From IMG/VR virus record IMGVR_UViG_2737471848_000023, positions 1 to 6,407 of that record: a stretch of DNA of 6,407 bases; one strand, 5' to 3'. This document shows positions 5,169 to 6,407 of this stretch, piece by piece; positions within the stretch are counted from its first letter, which is position 1; each line of letters opens with the position of its first letter. The position numbers and the translations under genes are program-made. The notes beneath the pieces were generated by a model. That model did not search any database. It saw only the letters and a list, made by a program, of their open reading frames with translations, and was not told the DNA's origin. The DNA comes from a virus. Lineage: Duplodnaviria; Heunggongvirae; Uroviricota; Caudoviricetes.

Positions 5169-6407
5169 TCAAGAATTTTGGGAGTAAATTCGCGGGGTCA
5201 TAACAACGATTTTTTCATCATTGTTCTGGAGAAGCTCGAGACGCTCACCCCATAGATTAAGAGCGTCACGTTTTGCATCAAGATAACGGGAGTGATTATA
5301 GACTCGTTGCATTCCTGGCAACTGGTGCGCGGTTAGCTGCTCCACTACATGAGGATCAACGCCTAAATCGTTCAGCATCGTTGTAAACGTGTGCCGGATG
5401 TCGTGCAACGTCCATGGGGCTTGATTAATGCGTCTGTGTGCCGTTCTTCCGTACTCTGATACGGATGATTGCCCTTTCAGTTCTCCGAGCAATAATCCCG
5501 TGTGCCTGTTCTGCTCCACCAGCTTCATGACAAACGGCAAGATCGCTTCCGGTATTGGCCTGAATATTGCTACCTTCGTTTTGCTGTGTTCTTTCGGCAC
5601 GGTCCAGAGCATTTCTTTAAAATCCCATTCCTGGACCTCAGAGCGTCTTAGCTCAGTGGTACGACATCCGAAGACAATCAGGAGGCGAATCAGGGCGCTG
5701 TAGTACGGTGGGTAAATTTTTTCATCAAGGGCGCGTAGTAATTCCCCAAGCTCCTTGTTTGTTAGTACGCGCTCGCTTATTTCTGCTTTTTTCCCAACAT
5801 CACCGACAACCATATCATCGAGAACGTTGGTAATTGCGTAGCGTCGTTTTCGGCAGTACTTAAGCGCCTGTTTGCACACCTGTAGCAAAAATCCGGCTGA
5901 TACCGGATTACGCTTAGCAAGCTGGTCAAAACAGGCCAGCCAGTGGCGTAGCTCGCATTTTTCCAGTGGCATAGCGCCAATCTGGCTAATTATGTGTTTA
6001 TTGATCCGGCTTTTCAGTGATTCGTAGTCAGTGCGCTTTTCCTTTGCGTACGATTCAAGCCAGTAAGTGAGAGCTTCCTTAACCGTCACGGGGGCTAAAG
6101 CGTCCTGTACAGCATGATTAAGTTCATAGCGCGGATTTTTCCCCTCAGCCAGCCAGGCGCGACACTGTGCCGCTTTTTCCCTGGCAGCTTTCAGGCTCAG
6201 ATCGGGATAATTGCCCAGCCTCAGACGTTCCGGTGATATCTGCCTACCAGTTCCGGCCCTGTAAGTGAAATACCAGGTTAACAGGCCATTGGTTGAATGC
6301 CTTACGCTAAGGTTGCCACCATCATTAAAAAAGGTGCTTTTTGTGGTTGGTGATCCGCTTAATTTTCGTAAAAGAGTGTCGCTAAGTCTATGAATTGCCC
6401 TGCTCAT
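5169..6407 (-). CDS. int: tyrosine site-specific integrase (412 aa)
   Basis: Full ORF with ATG at the last 3 nt of the window. N-terminal arm-type domain (NDGGNLSVRHSTNGLLTWYFTYR...RLRLGNYPDLSLKAARE). C-terminal catalytic region with HDIRHTFTTML (H-x-x-R) and the tyrosine region YNHSRY. Overall layout matches P4/CP4-type integrases. Confidence 0.95.
   Translation of the reverse strand: MSRAIHRLSDTLLRKLSGSPTTKSTFFNDGGNLSVRHSTNGLLTWYFTYRAGTGRQISPERLRLGNYPDLSLKAAREKAAQCRAWLAEGKNPRYELNHAVQDALAPVTVKEALTYWLESYAKEKRTDYESLKSRINKHIISQIGAMPLEKCELRHWLACFDQLAKRNPVSAGFLLQVCKQALKYCRKRRYAITNVLDDMVVGDVGKKAEISERVLTNKELGELLRALDEKIYPPYYSALIRLLIVFGCRTTELRRSEVQEWDFKEMLWTVPKEHSKTKVAIFRPIPEAILPFVMKLVEQNRHTGLLLGELKGQSSVSEYGRTAHRRINQAPWTLHDIRHTFTTMLNDLGVDPHVVEQLTAHQLPGMQRVYNHSRYLDAKRDALNLWGERLELLQNNDEKIVVMTPRIYSQNS

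Noticed and set aside
5428-5980. ORFs inside the integrase gene (5428..5703 plus; 5777..5980 minus, out of frame)
   Set aside because: Embedded in the integrase coding region, whose frame has clear conserved motifs; no independent support.
1-6407. tRNA, rRNA, transposase or IS element
   Set aside because: No cloverleaf-compatible sequence, rRNA-like segment, transposase ORF or terminal inverted repeats seen by eye. A tRNA scan of flanking sequence is still advisable.

Overview
This window reads as the integrase-proximal half of an enterobacterial integrative satellite-type element (P4-like or PICI-like), with almost everything on the minus strand. From the right edge: a tyrosine integrase (5169..6407), an AlpA-family regulator (4550..4759), then a single plus-strand gene for a small ribbon-helix-helix (RHH) protein (4235..4414). 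This gene faces a tightly packed minus-strand operon of six small overlapping ORFs (2500..4035) that ends in a 584-aa primase/helicase (749..2503). Between the RHH gene and the operon lie two perfect 13-bp direct repeats, each containing the palindrome GTGGnCCAC, overlapping a candidate leftward promoter. Downstream of the primase is an iteron array (511..736) with an AT-rich segment, typical of a replication origin, followed by a hypothetical gene and the start of an SSB-like gene that runs off the window. No tRNA, rRNA, CRISPR array or transposase is visible; the attachment site should lie beyond 6407. All functional calls come from reading motifs by eye; no database search was run. The most interesting candidate is the RHH-plus-operator module as a possible protein-based switch controlling the replication operon, together with the six unassigned small proteins.
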